From NCBI GenBank assembly GCA_963772725.1, contig CAVYYI010000002.1:192001-256000 (forward strand): a DNA stretch of 64,000 nt, written 5' to 3'. The notes under the pieces are model-generated. The model was not told the DNA's origin and searched no databases. It worked only from the letters and a program-made list of their open reading frames with translations. Position numbers and translations under genes: made by a program. The stretch's first letter is position 1. The number at the start of each line of letters is the position of its first letter. Source of the DNA: an uncultured Phycisphaerales bacterium (GTDB lineage Bacteria > Planctomycetota > Phycisphaerae > Sedimentisphaerales > Anaerobacaceae). This document shows positions 1 through 11,353 of the stretch, piece after piece.

Positions 1-678
1 GGGAGCAAGAATCTTTTTTGAGACGCCGGATTTATCCAAAATAAAACCTAACCTTTTTCGAATCGAAATTGCCGGAAAAGATACGGCATATTTGATTAGC
101 TTCTTAATATCAGTCTTGCCGGAAGAGGTTTCTTGCTCCAATATTTCAAAGGCCTTCTTAAGACCACCAACGGGATCAGGAAAATAGATCAAATCAACCA
201 GTGTTCTTTCCCTGTCGCTTACAATTATTTGCGAACCTGAAATTTTAATATTTTCAAGGCCATACATTCTCTTTGGTGAGATTTTAATCAACTTAAATGG
301 AATCCCGCAGATGGTACGTTCCCGTTGGCGTGATGTGTTAAGAACATAAACAGTTTGAAAAATCTGGTCTGTAAAACCGTAATAGTTGTACATATTGGAA
401 TATCCAACATAGTAATTACCCTTGGGGAAAAGTATAGGCGGAATCAGGAATTCATTTATTCGAGCACCGGCGGGTCCAGCCTCAAGAGGCGAGTAATAAT
501 AAACTCCCTTTGTAATTGGTTTTAAAATATCCTTCTTCTTAAGCTTATATATAATCTGACGTACCAGCAGCGAATTGCCAAAAAGCATTTCGAGCCGCTC
601 TTTAGTTATAACAGTTGTCTTCTCGTAGGACAGACGAGCAACAACCTCTGACTGTTTTGGACCTAACTGTTTTTTCAT
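1..678 (-). CDS. AbiEi-family type IV toxin-antitoxin antitoxin / transcriptional regulator (runs off window)
   Basis: Not in ORF track. Manual translation from ATG 678: MKKQLGPKQSEVVARLSYEK...KLKKKDILKPITKGVYYY...YYVGYSNMYNYYGFTDQI...VSDRERTLVDLI...RKRLGFILD; N-terminal wHTH plus AbiEi C-terminal motifs. Confidence 0.75.
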   Translation of the reverse strand, partial: MKKQLGPKQSEVVARLSYEKTTVITKERLEMLFGNSLLVRQIIYKLKKKDILKPITKGVYYYSPLEAGPAGARINEFLIPPILFPKGNYYVGYSNMYNYYGFTDQIFQTVYVLNTSRQRERTICGIPFKLIKISPKRMYGLENIKISGSQIIVSDRERTLVDLIYFPDPVGGLKKAFEILEQETSSGKTDIKKLIKYAVSFPAISIRKRLGFILDKSGVSKKILAP

Positions 679-725
679 TGTATTATTATTTCCTTATTAC
701 GCCAATATGACGTATATCGGAAATA

Positions 726-754
726 TTTATACAGCACTTGAGATTTAAAGTCAA
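726..754 (-). promoter_or_regulatory. sigma70-like promoter for the AbiEi gene
   Basis: Minus strand TTGACT-N17-TATAAA, ~50 bp upstream of the ATG. Confidence 0.5.
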
Positions 755-841
755 ACACAAATTTATATAGAAATCACGTTTTTTTGATGAAAAACAACGA
801 TACTAAAGCAAAATCGAGGATTTCTAAGGCACAAACAAACG

Positions 842-1960
842 TCATGGGTTCTTAACAATGTTGAGGAGTTCGTCCATCGTGTGTTTGAGCCTGGTAAGTG
901 TCGCTTTTTTAACAAACGGAATAAATTCCTCAATTCCTTGTATTTTACTGGCAACAACCTTTGCTGCCAGTGTCCCCATTTGATGATCGGTAAAACCTTC
1001 ACTGACTTTTTTGAAGTATTCTCCGCGGCCAAGCCCAGGCTCTGGAACATTTCCGAAATGCTTCGATAGTTCTTTTTGAACAATTTGACTCCATTCATCG
1101 ATTCTCAGTTCATCAACTGCTAATTGGGCTTCCACGACCTGCTTAGTTATTTTGGAGCTATCGTTATTTCTACCAATTGCTAACAAATCGATTACCTTTT
1201 TTAATGGCCATTCGTATGGGTTCTTTTCAGCTTCCTCCATTCTCAGATGCCATTCATTAAAAGACTCGGTATAATAATCCTGCCTGGATTCTACCGAAAA
1301 AAGTTTGCTGTCAGGAAAAACAACACAGGTCAGCTCTCCGCCTCTTACCACACCTGTATCCAGAGCGAACAATTTATCCGTAACTAACTCAACTTTGGGA
1401 TATCCAACATGGCCTATACACACGGCTTTTTTAAAATTTGTTTTGTAAAACCAGAGAGGGACGCCATTTTCATCGAGAGGAATATGAACTTTGGATCCTC
1501 CCACCGCACAAGTAAAGTAAGCATCCTGCTGCAGCAGGGACTTATCCGGGTCAAGTTGTGCATGAGTAATGATAGCATGTTCTGTTTCAATTACTGCAGG
1601 AAGGCTTTCAAGGTACTCTGCCCAGATTGGCTGTTCTTTCGGATTCAGCACTGATAGACTGTGTTTCTGGCTCCATGCCGGCAGCGAAGTGCCTCTTATT
1701 GTGCCTGCTACTCTTCTTTCATGGTTGCCAAGCACACTGTATGCATTTAGTGTCTCTTTGAAAAATTCACAGACCTTCCAGGATTTCGGTCCGCGATCCA
1801 GCATATCACCCACTGAAATCAGAACATCTCCCTTAGCGAATCCAACCAGCTTAAGAAGCTGTTCTAATTCATCAAGGCAACCGTGGATATCACCAACTAC
1901 TATAGTCCGTGAATATCTGCCATCAATTTTCCGGTAATTGTTTTTCATTAACTTAAACAT
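842..1960 (-). CDS. Calcineurin-like metallophosphoesterase (PrpA/ApaH-like) with C-terminal helical extension
   Basis: GDIHG, GDMLDRG, GNHE, GH and DTG motifs. Confidence 0.85.
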   Translation of the reverse strand: MFKLMKNNYRKIDGRYSRTIVVGDIHGCLDELEQLLKLVGFAKGDVLISVGDMLDRGPKSWKVCEFFKETLNAYSVLGNHERRVAGTIRGTSLPAWSQKHSLSVLNPKEQPIWAEYLESLPAVIETEHAIITHAQLDPDKSLLQQDAYFTCAVGGSKVHIPLDENGVPLWFYKTNFKKAVCIGHVGYPKVELVTDKLFALDTGVVRGGELTCVVFPDSKLFSVESRQDYYTESFNEWHLRMEEAEKNPYEWPLKKVIDLLAIGRNNDSSKITKQVVEAQLAVDELRIDEWSQIVQKELSKHFGNVPEPGLGRGEYFKKVSEGFTDHQMGTLAAKVVASKIQGIEEFIPFVKKATLTRLKHTMDELLNIVKNP

Positions 1961-2040
1961 ATCCTACAGTACGTAAAAAAGAATTCAAGAAGATATAAAA
2001 ACCTGAATTTCGAAAATGGAAACAGATTCCAAGGCGGTAT

Positions 2041-2430
2041 TTACCAGCAGTTCTCTGCAAAATCATCTGCATCAAATGCCATGTGTTCTTTAAGTTTTTC
2101 CATGACCTCAAAAACAATTGGGCAGGTAAGCGTACGTTCGAGCATCGCCATTGTGCGGGTATTGAATCCTGCTTTTTGCAGATATGGGTAATCACGGTAA
2201 TTCTGAGGCCGGGCCTGGTAAATAGTGCATTTTTTGTCTTTTAGGAATTGGCATGGAACTTTCTTCATCTGCCAGCAAGCTGGTTCCTCATCATCTTGAA
2301 CATATTCAAGATATGTGTCCTGCAATTGCTTGACGGTGATCTTTAACTCTTTTGCCAAACATTCCTGGTCTTTGGCTGAACCACCGACACACAGATTTTC
2401 AGTCCGAAAAAAACACTGTAAGCCCTGCAA
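2041..2430 (-). pseudogene. YkgJ-family (CxxCxxCC) protein, probably N-terminally truncated or degenerate
   Basis: PCQFLKDKKCTIYQARPQNYRDYP motif; N-terminal Cys cluster not evident. Confidence 0.55.
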
Positions 2431-2578
2431 TTAAAAGGTTTAGTTCGTTTTTTGGCCCAAAATGAGACACTTTAGTTACTCAACAGTAACCCGATTTCTT
2501 GAAGCTTATTTTTATTTTTGCCGATTATGAAAATAACGTTGTTGCTTATTTTCATTTTTCTGTTATACTTTTTGGGTT

Positions 2579-3722
2579 ATGGCAAAGAAAAAAGCTCCAG
2601 GAAAATATGTGAAATGCACCGGTTACGAAGCATTCATTCCGAATCCGCTTCCGCCGGAGATAGACTGGACTGGCCGGTTAATACGTTCATTGTCCGATGC
2701 AGACCGCCTTATAGGCCAATTGTCCGGAGAAGGGAAAACAGTTGCCAAATCCGCATTTGCTTATACGCCCCTTTATAAAACGTGAAGCTGTGCTATCCAG
2801 CAGAATCGAAGGCACACAGGCAACATTAGGAGAGTTGCTGGCCAGTGACGCAGGGGCCGTAGTTAATCGCAGTCCCGATGACCTTCGTGAGGTCGGCAAT
2901 TATGTAACCGCCCTGGATTACGGAATCAAAAGACTAAATACTTTGCCATTGTCGCTCAGATTAGTTCGGGAAATACATGAGAAATTGATGGAAGGTGTAC
3001 GAGGCAACCATGCCACTCCTGGCGAATTCCGCAAAACACAAAATTGGATCGGTCCTGCAGGTTGTACTTTACAAAATGCTACTTATGTTCCTCCGTCACC
3101 AGATTTACTAATGGACTGTCTCGGAACATGGGAACAATTTCTTCATATTCAGACAATCCCTCCATTGGTTCAGGCAGGATTGTTGCATTATCAATTCGAA
3201 GCTATTCATCCTTTCCTGGATGGCAACGGTAGAGTGGGACGCCTTCTGATTATTCTTTTCTTGATTGAGCGAAAAGTGCTTACGGCACCCTTGTTGTATA
3301 TAAGTGCTTTTTTTGAAGCCACACGCAATGAATATTATAGTCATCTTTTGGCTGTAAGTCAGGAAAGCCAATGGAATCCATGGCTTGAATATTTCCTCAA
3401 TGGCATCGCAAGAATGTCTGAAGATGTTCTGAGCTGTGCTGAAAAGATTAATTTGCTGCTTCAAAGCTGGAGAAAAAGAATCGCTGGTGAAAAACCAAAA
3501 ATTCTATTGGATGTTATTGAGTTACTTGCTGAAAATCCCTTCTGGAACACGAAAAAGCTTTCTGAACGTCTACAGGTTGCTTTTACTACGGCACAGCGGG
3601 CGATTAATGTGCTGGTTGGACAAAAGATACTTTCGCAAGTGGACAATGCCCAAAGAGACCGTGTGTTTTGTGCTACTGCTATAATGAAAATTCTTGATGA
3701 ACCGCTCAAAATCAAGCCGTAA
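2579..3722 (+). CDS. Fic/DOC family protein, one frameshift near 2740
   Basis: HPFLDGNGRVGR Fic motif and EAVLSSRIEG; ORF 2579 (FIPNPLPP...ADRLIGQLSGEG) joins ORF 2742 (LPNPHLLIRPF) across the GGGAAAAC run. Confidence 0.85.
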
Positions 3723-4839
3723 TTTCATTAAGTGTCACTTTCTGTAATACGTGAATTGGACAGGTCAGAAAAGAGGCTGAGTCCGGCAAATTAAGTCTTG
3801 GCTATTCCACTATATATTTAAAAACATATTCATAATTTCCTTGAATTGTTTGCTACCGCCTGCCAAATCTTTTTCAGCTTGTTGAACATCCTTTAAAGTA
3901 GGTAGCCCTTCTACCTCAAGCTGACATGAAAATCCGATTTCCTTCCCAACCTTAGCTAAAATGCTATTTAGTTGTTCGAACAAATGATCACGGAATTCAA
4001 TTTTGAATTTTTCGAATTTTAGAAAACGGTACAAAGTATAAAACTCCAGCACATTTTCACTATAACTATATCTTGCATTCCATCCAATACCTTTAGCTGC
4101 TTTTGCAAGAGCCTGCTCTCTCATCAAGTAGTGATAAGAACTATCAAAAGGAATGTTTCGGGAGTTTCTCGGATCTGGCATAGCAAAATCAGGAAGAAGA
4201 AGATCACTTAAATCAGACAAAGACTCTATTATTCTTGGCCAATTTTTTTGAATACTTTTGGGCAAGGTAAATACAAAAATTCTTTCTGGGTCCAACTCAA
4301 TAGAAGTTGGGACATGTCTTTCTTCTGCCACATCGGCAGGAATGACTTGAAAAATTTTCCTCCAAGAACATCTTATGCTATTATTGGGAATGTGTGATAA
4401 CTCAAAAGATACAATGTTATTTTTATCCTGATCGCCATAATAGTAAACTATCTCATATTCCGATTTTCCAAAATACATAACCTCGTTTGCACAGCGTCTT
4501 ATACACTCAGCTACTACATCTGTAAAGTCTCTATAGTAATCTCTGTGTGAAATGGCAGAGGTAATTAACTCTTCAGTGTCCTTAGTACCATTTGTAAGCG
4601 TAATCAGAAAATATTTTTTTGGTCCAGAGCAGTATGGAATTATAGCATTGTCAATATCCTCTGTTAACATGTGGACATAAGATTTAGGTATAAGAACTTC
4701 ATCTTCACCACCTGTATACCAGGGGTTGAACCAAACTGATCAGCGACAATTATTCTTACCTTCCGGCGACAGTTAAAAGTTCCGGATGAATTAAAGTTGG
4801 AATATGCTATCTGAAACTCATTAAGTCAGGAGATTTCAG

Positions 4840-6327
4840 ATGGTTAAAGACAAACAGGTAAGGAGATTGTTCGCTATGAAAAACAAATGCAAGACCTTAT
4901 ATCAGCTTGCAGACAAGGCTGGTATAAGCACTAAAACCGCCCGCAAGTATTTAAAAACGGGCGTGCTGCCCAGCCAATGCCAAGCTATCCACGACTGGCC
5001 CACCCATCCGGATGCCTTTGCAGGGGATTGGCCATGGGTTGAAGAATTCCTCAAAAACAACTCCGGTCTTGAATCTAAATCGCTTTTTGAGGCTCTGCAG
5101 CGTGAATATCCCGGTAAATACCAGGACAGCGAATTAAGAACCTTCCAGAGACGAGTAAAACAATGGAAAGCCTTGTCCGGTCCGGCTCAGGAAGTGTTTT
5201 TTCCACAAATCTATAAACCCGGCCAATGGTGCGAATCAGACTTTACCAGGATGAATAAGCTGGGTATCACCATTTGCGGCATACCTTTTATTCACATGCT
5301 GTACCATTTTGTATTGTGTTTGTCGAACTGGGAAACCGTCACGGTATGTTTTTCAGAAAGCTATGAAAGTTTAAGTGCCGGTATTCAAAATGCCCTCTGG
5401 AAGTTAGGCGGCATACCACGCTATCATAGGACTGATAATTTAACCTGTGCGGTTAACAAGGTAGGCAATCCTGAGGAATTCACGGCTAACTATCAGGGTC
5501 TTGCGAATCATTATGGTTTCCAAAGCTGTAAAATCCAGCCTCACTGTCCGAATGAAAACGGCGATATAGAGCAGCGTCATCACAGGTTAAAGAGAGCTGT
5601 TGAACAGGCGTTAATCCTTAGAGGAAGCAGAGATTTTAACAGCAGGAAAGATTATGAAATGTTTCTTGAAAAGCTGCTCGACCAACTCAATACCGGCCGC
5701 ACAAAACTCTTGGCCGAAGAGTTAAAGGTTCTGCGGCAATTGCCAACCCGCAGGCATGAAGATTTCACCAGGGATAAATGCAGGGTAAGTCGTGGCTGCA
5801 CGGTCCGAGTTCTTAAGAACAGCTATTCTGTTCACAGCAGGCTTAGGGGAGAAAATGTTGACGTTCGAATATATGCCGAACATATCGAAGTCTGGTATGC
5901 TCAAAGAAGAATTGAAGTATTGCCCAGATTACACGGTGAAAACGGTCATTACATCAATTACCGCCACGTTATAGATACCCTTGTTCGCAAACCCGGGGCG
6001 TTTGAGAACTATTGCTATAAAGATGATATGTTTCCCACAAGTCAGTTCAGGATCGCATATGATCTCCTGCGTGATCAACATGGGATGAAGCAGGGTAATA
6101 AGCAGTATCTGAAAATTCTTGAATTAGCTGCCAACGAAAGCCAGACATCTGTCAATGAAGCTTTGCGGTTCCTGATCAACCATGCAGATGCGATTGATTT
6201 TGATATGGTAGAACAAATAGTCAAATCCGAACAACAGCCGCCGGATGTCACTGACGTTTGTGTTGGCGATATTGATCTGAACAGTTATGACTGTCTACTT
6301 GAATCGGCGGAGGCACTACTGGTATGA
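4840..6327 (+). CDS. istA: IS21 transposase IstA
   Basis: HTH plus rve DDE (ESDF, RTDN, NENGDIE). Confidence 0.95.
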   Translation: MVKDKQVRRLFAMKNKCKTLYQLADKAGISTKTARKYLKTGVLPSQCQAIHDWPTHPDAFAGDWPWVEEFLKNNSGLESKSLFEALQREYPGKYQDSELRTFQRRVKQWKALSGPAQEVFFPQIYKPGQWCESDFTRMNKLGITICGIPFIHMLYHFVLCLSNWETVTVCFSESYESLSAGIQNALWKLGGIPRYHRTDNLTCAVNKVGNPEEFTANYQGLANHYGFQSCKIQPHCPNENGDIEQRHHRLKRAVEQALILRGSRDFNSRKDYEMFLEKLLDQLNTGRTKLLAEELKVLRQLPTRRHEDFTRDKCRVSRGCTVRVLKNSYSVHSRLRGENVDVRIYAEHIEVWYAQRRIEVLPRLHGENGHYINYRHVIDTLVRKPGAFENYCYKDDMFPTSQFRIAYDLLRDQHGMKQGNKQYLKILELAANESQTSVNEALRFLINHADAIDFDMVEQIVKSEQQPPDVTDVCVGDIDLNSYDCLLESAEALLV

Positions 6328-7088
6328 GTAAAAATGATCTGGATAATCAGCTTGTAAACCTTCTCAAAGAACTTCACCTGCCGATGTTCCGTGAATATTA
6401 CGCCGAGTTCGCTCAGAAGGCTATCGCCGAAGATATGGGTTATTCACAATATCTATTGGAATTGGCTCAGCGTGAGTGTGATGTTCGCAGAGCCAATAAA
6501 ATCGCAAGGCTGGTAAAAGCCTCAAAGCTTCCTATGGAAAAGACCATGGCAAACTTTGATTTTAAACGTATGCCGTTGAAGATACGTCAGCAGGTCAAAA
6601 TTCTTTTGGAAGGTTCATTTGTTGACAGAACAGAGAATATTCTTGCATTTGGCAAACCCGGCAGCGGTAAGACACATTTACTGTGTGGTATCTGTCATGA
6701 ACTTGCCCGGCAGGGAAAAAAGGTTTACTTTACTACGTGTGATATGATGTTGCAGGAGTTATTACGAGCCAAGCAGGAGTTGAAGCTGGACAAATGGCTC
6801 AAGAAGCTGTCACAGTACGAGGCATTGATGATAGATGACTTCGGCTATGTCAAACAGAACCGCGAGGAGATGGAGGTGCTGTTTACCTTATTAGCTCATT
6901 GTTATGAACGTGGCAGCGTGTTGATTACCAGCAATCTGCCGTTCAGTAAATGGGAAGTCATCTTTAAGGATCCGATGACCACTGCAGCAGCGATCGACCG
7001 GCTGGTACATCATAGTGTGATCCTTGAATTGAATGTACCGAGCTACCGAGCTGAGGAAGCTCAGAGACGGAAAAATAAGGACACGTAA
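6324..7088 (+). CDS. istB: IS21 helper ATPase IstB
   Basis: GKPGSGKT, LMIDDFGY, ITSN, AAIDRLVHH. Confidence 0.95.
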   Translation: MSKNDLDNQLVNLLKELHLPMFREYYAEFAQKAIAEDMGYSQYLLELAQRECDVRRANKIARLVKASKLPMEKTMANFDFKRMPLKIRQQVKILLEGSFVDRTENILAFGKPGSGKTHLLCGICHELARQGKKVYFTTCDMMLQELLRAKQELKLDKWLKKLSQYEALMIDDFGYVKQNREEMEVLFTLLAHCYERGSVLITSNLPFSKWEVIFKDPMTTAAAIDRLVHHSVILELNVPSYRAEEAQRRKNKDT

Positions 7089-7261
7089 TGTCCGAAATTT
7101 TGCCCCCCATGGGGGGCACCTCCTAAAGGCTATAAGCTAAGGTAAGTGTTATGAAGTAACGGTAAAAATAACTGTCGTTGAAGGGAAATTATAATTGACG
7201 CCGGACACCAAACTGTTTGTTGTGACGAATAAAGTGTTTTGTAATTATTATTTTTCATTTT

Positions 7262-8882
7262 TTAATGTTCATTCTCAGAATCTTTTGACTCCTCGCGTTT
7301 CAAAGTATCGAGAAAATTACTAGCTCTCTGTGGCAGTTCCAAATCCTTAGCTTCGGCTCTGTTTCTAATGTAAACCGATAGAAAAATATCGATGGGATTA
7401 TCCATAAAAAAATCACTTCGTGAAATTACTCTTATCAACGGGCTTTTATGCAATTTATCCTTTCTCCCTTTGTGGTAACCGTAGTAAAATCTATCTTCCA
7501 GGATACCCCTTTCACGAAGTCTACGCATCGTATCCTGTTTCCAAGATGTTCTTTTAATATCGCCTGAAAATAAAGCAAATTGAGAATGCCGATAGCTAAC
7601 GGTCGCATAAATCTGTTGGCATAATTGCTTTTTATCAGGTATTGCCTCAAAATATTTGTTCCAGACGCTACTTACTGTTTGCCAAAAATTCAAATCATCT
7701 AATTCGCTGTATATTTTTGCAAAACCCGAAAGTTCAAGAATGTCCAAAAGCGGTTCTGATATAAAGTTGACAGCCTTTTCGAGAGGATAATACTTAAGTT
7801 TTTCCTTAAGTCGCTGTTGAGCTGAGGGAAATACAACAAATAGCAGTGGAAATAACTGCGCAAAAAAGTCTTTCGTTACCAGATGCCATCGCACCATAAC
7901 ATTCGTTTGCAATCACTGTATATCCATGGCCAAAAAAATCTGGTAACTCTTTTGATTCTGGTAATGTTGTTAGATATGGCAGCATTTCAGAATATGTGAT
8001 AACAATTTTTTCCCTGATGGAAAGACATTTTTCGTTAATCTCCTTCCACTCAATTTGTGGCCAAGGTATGTCATCAACTCGTCTTAAGCTTTGAAAACCG
8101 TTTATATTTTCCTGAAGAGTAGCAAAGTGGTATCTATATTTTTCACATGCTTCAAGGCCCCGATCAATGACTTGAACTGCACTTGCATAAAATTTTTGCT
8201 TAATCAACCTATTAGCTTCTTGCTCAAAGGCTATTTCTAATTCCTGCATGAGAAGTTCAATTTTAGTCTTTATACATTGGATCAACGAAATAGCAACAAG
8301 CTGTTGTCTATACCATATAGGGCTAATAAAATTCCCTTCTACCTTATATTCAAAATGTAACCCCTTGTTAATAAATTCGATTTGTTTTATGACCTCTCTG
8401 GGGAAACTTATGTTGTACACACTTTTATTTTTATTCCATTTGATAGAACTAATTGAATCCGTAAGACTCTTTGCATTAAGTTTTTCAAAACTCCGAGATA
8501 GCCCCAAAACCATGCTAATTAAACACAATCCACACAAATCATAGATAGCAAGATCAAAGGCAATAGTTTCTGCTTTCCAATCAGACTTATCTAATTGTGT
8601 TTCTGCATTCCTTTTTTCAGTAAAATCAGAAACACAGCTACGAAAGGTATGCAACAATTCAAGCCCTTCCTGTATGGCCATTTGATAGCCAAATTCCGTA
8701 AATACATTTTGTGATCTCGTTAAAAATTCAACAATGACCCGTGACTTGTTCTCATCCTTAATTATTTTTATAATTTCTACAAATATTTTCTGTATCTGTT
8801 TTTCAAACCATTGTAAATCTGGCACCACCTTTGGTTGCAATTGAGTACTTGTTTGCAATGCAATACTTAATTGACTGTAGTC
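7262..8882 (-). pseudogene. C-terminal part of a large uncharacterised helical protein (frameshift ~7865; 5' end lost at IS21 copy 2)
   Basis: ORFs 7806-8858 and 7262-7912 join at the A6 run (...ASGNERLF/AQLFPLLF...); the frame stays open up to the IS end. Confidence 0.65.
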
Positions 8883-9001
8883 TGTCCGGCGTCAATTATA
8901 ATTTCCCTTCAACGACAGTTATTTTTACCGTTACTTCATAACACTTACCTTAGCTTATAGCCTTTAGGAGGTGCCCCCCATGGGGGGCAAAATTTCGGAC
9001 A

Positions 9002-9766
9002 TTACGTGTCCTTATTTTTCCGTCTCTGAGCTTCCTCAGCTCGGTAGCTCGGTACATTCAATTCAAGGATCACACTATGATGTACCAGCCGGTCGATCGC
9101 TGCTGCAGTGGTCATCGGATCCTTAAAGATGACTTCCCATTTACTGAACGGCAGATTGCTGGTAATCAACACGCTGCCACGTTCATAACAATGAGCTAAT
9201 AAGGTAAACAGCACCTCCATCTCCTCGCGGTTCTGTTTGACATAGCCGAAGTCATCTATCATCAATGCCTCGTACTGTGACAGCTTCTTGAGCCATTTGT
9301 CCAGCTTCAACTCCTGCTTGGCTCGTAATAACTCCTGCAACATCATATCACACGTAGTAAAGTAAACCTTTTTTCCCTGCCGGGCAAGTTCATGACAGAT
9401 ACCACACAGTAAATGTGTCTTACCGCTGCCGGGTTTGCCAAATGCAAGAATATTCTCTGTTCTGTCAACAAATGAACCTTCCAAAAGAATTTTGACCTGC
9501 TGACGTATCTTCAACGGCATACGTTTAAAATCAAAGTTTGCCATGGTCTTTTCCATAGGAAGCTTTGAGGCTTTTACCAGCCTTGCGATTTTATTGGCTC
9601 TGCGAACATCACACTCACGCTGAGCCAATTCCAATAGATATTGTGAATAACCCATATCTTCGGCGATAGCCTTCTGAGCGAACTCGGCGTAATATTCACG
9701 GAACATCGGCAGGTGAAGTTCTTTGAGAAGGTTTACAAGCTGATTATCCAGATCATTTTTACTCAT
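9002..9766 (-). CDS. istB: IS21 helper ATPase IstB
   Basis: Protein identical to 6324-7088. Confidence 0.95.
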   Translation of the reverse strand: MSKNDLDNQLVNLLKELHLPMFREYYAEFAQKAIAEDMGYSQYLLELAQRECDVRRANKIARLVKASKLPMEKTMANFDFKRMPLKIRQQVKILLEGSFVDRTENILAFGKPGSGKTHLLCGICHELARQGKKVYFTTCDMMLQELLRAKQELKLDKWLKKLSQYEALMIDDFGYVKQNREEMEVLFTLLAHCYERGSVLITSNLPFSKWEVIFKDPMTTAAAIDRLVHHSVILELNVPSYRAEEAQRRKNKDT

Positions 9767-11250
9767 ACCAGTAGTGCCTCCGCCGATTCAAGTAGACAGT
9801 CATAACTGTTCAGATCAATATCGCCAACACAAACGTCAGTGACATCCGGCGGCTGTTGTTCGGATTTGACTATTTGTTCTACCATATCAAAATCAATCGC
9901 ATCTGCATGGTTGATCAGGAACCGCAAAGCTTCATTGACAGATGTCTGGCTTTCGTTGGCAGCTAATTCAAGAATTTTCAGATACTGCTTATTACCCTGC
10001 TTCATCCCATGTTGATCACGCAGGAGATCATATGCGATCCTGAACTGACTTGTGGGAAACATATCATCTTTATAGCAATAGTTCTCAAACGCCCCGGGTT
10101 TGCGAACAAGGGTATCTATAACGTGGCGGTAATTGATGTAATGACCGTTTTCACCGTGTAATCTGGGCAATACTTCAATTCTTCTTTGAGCATACCAGAC
10201 TTCGATATGTTCGGCATATATTCGAACGTCAACATTTTCTCCCCTAAGCCTGCTGTGAACAGAATAGCTGTTCTTAAGAACTCGGACCGTGCAGCCACGA
10301 CTTACCCTGCATTTATCCCTGGTGAAATCTTCATGCCTGCGGGTTGGCAATTGCCGCAGAACCTTTAACTCTTCGGCCAAGAGTTTTGTGCGGCCGGTAT
10401 TGAGTTGGTTGAGCAGCTTTTCAAGAAACATTTCATAATCTTTCCTGCTGTTAAAATCTCTGCTTCCTCTAAGGATTAACGCCTGTTCAACAGCTCTCTT
10501 TAACCTGTGATGACGCTGCTCTATATCGCCGTTTTCATTCGGACAGTGAGGCTGGATTTTACAGCTTTGGAAACCATAATGATTCGCAAGACCCTGATAG
10601 TTAGCCGTGAATTCCTCAGGATTGCCTACCTTGTTAACCGCACAGGTTAAATTATCAGTCCTATGATAGCGTGGTATGCCGCCTAACTTCCAGAGGGCAT
10701 TTTGAATACCGGCACTTAAACTTTCATAGCTTTCTGAAAAACATACCGTGACGGTTTCCCAGTTCGACAAACACAATACAAAATGGTACAGCATGTGAAT
10801 AAAAGGTATGCCGCAAATGGTGATACCCAGCTTATTCATCCTGGTAAAGTCTGATTCGCACCATTGGCCGGGTTTATAGATTTGTGGAAAAAACACTTCC
10901 TGAGCCGGACCGGACAAGGCTTTCCATTGTTTTACTCGTCTCTGGAAGGTTCTTAATTCGCTGTCCTGGTATTTACCGGGATATTCACGCTGCAGAGCCT
11001 CAAAAAGCGATTTAGATTCAAGACCGGAGTTGTTTTTGAGGAATTCTTCAACCCATGGCCAATCCCCTGCAAAGGCATCCGGATGGGTGGGCCAGTCGTG
11101 GATAGCTTGGCATTGGCTGGGCAGCACGCCCGTTTTTAAATACTTGCGGGCGGTTTTAGTGCTTATACCAGCCTTGTCTGCAAGCTGATATAAGGTCTTG
11201 CATTTGTTTTTCATAGCGAACAATCTCCTTACCTGTTTGTCTTTAACCAT
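9763..11250 (-). CDS. istA: IS21 transposase IstA
   Basis: One residue (D/N) differs from copy 1. Confidence 0.95.
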   Translation of the reverse strand: MVKDKQVRRLFAMKNKCKTLYQLADKAGISTKTARKYLKTGVLPSQCQAIHDWPTHPDAFAGDWPWVEEFLKNNSGLESKSLFEALQREYPGKYQDSELRTFQRRVKQWKALSGPAQEVFFPQIYKPGQWCESDFTRMNKLGITICGIPFIHMLYHFVLCLSNWETVTVCFSESYESLSAGIQNALWKLGGIPRYHRTDNLTCAVNKVGNPEEFTANYQGLANHYGFQSCKIQPHCPNENGDIEQRHHRLKRAVEQALILRGSRDFNSRKDYEMFLEKLLNQLNTGRTKLLAEELKVLRQLPTRRHEDFTRDKCRVSRGCTVRVLKNSYSVHSRLRGENVDVRIYAEHIEVWYAQRRIEVLPRLHGENGHYINYRHVIDTLVRKPGAFENYCYKDDMFPTSQFRIAYDLLRDQHGMKQGNKQYLKILELAANESQTSVNEALRFLINHADAIDFDMVEQIVKSEQQPPDVTDVCVGDIDLNSYDCLLESAEALLV

Positions 11251-11353
11251 CTGAAATCTCCTGACTTAATGAGTTTCAGATAGCATATTCCAACTTTAAT
11301 TCATCCGGAACTTTTAACTGTCGCCGGAAGGTAAGAATAATTGTCGCTGATCA

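Larger units (their letters stand above)
4737..7207 (+). mobile_element. IS21-family element, copy 1 (2471 bp)
   Basis: TG...CA ends, istA-istB, 6-bp target duplication CCAAAC (4731-4736 / 7208-7213). Confidence 0.95.
3810..7258 (-). pseudogene. Uncharacterised ~320-aa protein interrupted near its N-terminus by IS21
   Basis: Removing 4737-7207 and one CCAAAC gives a continuous frame MKNNNYKTLYSSQQTVWFNPWYTGGEDEVLIPKSYVHMLTEDID... Confidence 0.7.
8883..11353 (-). mobile_element. IS21-family element, copy 2 (inverted relative to copy 1; no target duplication)
   Basis: Near-identical to 4737-7207; flanks GTAGTC and GTCGGG differ. Confidence 0.95.

Noticed and set aside
4737..11353. Composite transposon or inversion formed by the two inverted IS21 copies
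   Set aside because: Copy 1 retains its own CCAAAC duplication and its target gene rejoins in frame; the outer flanks do not match
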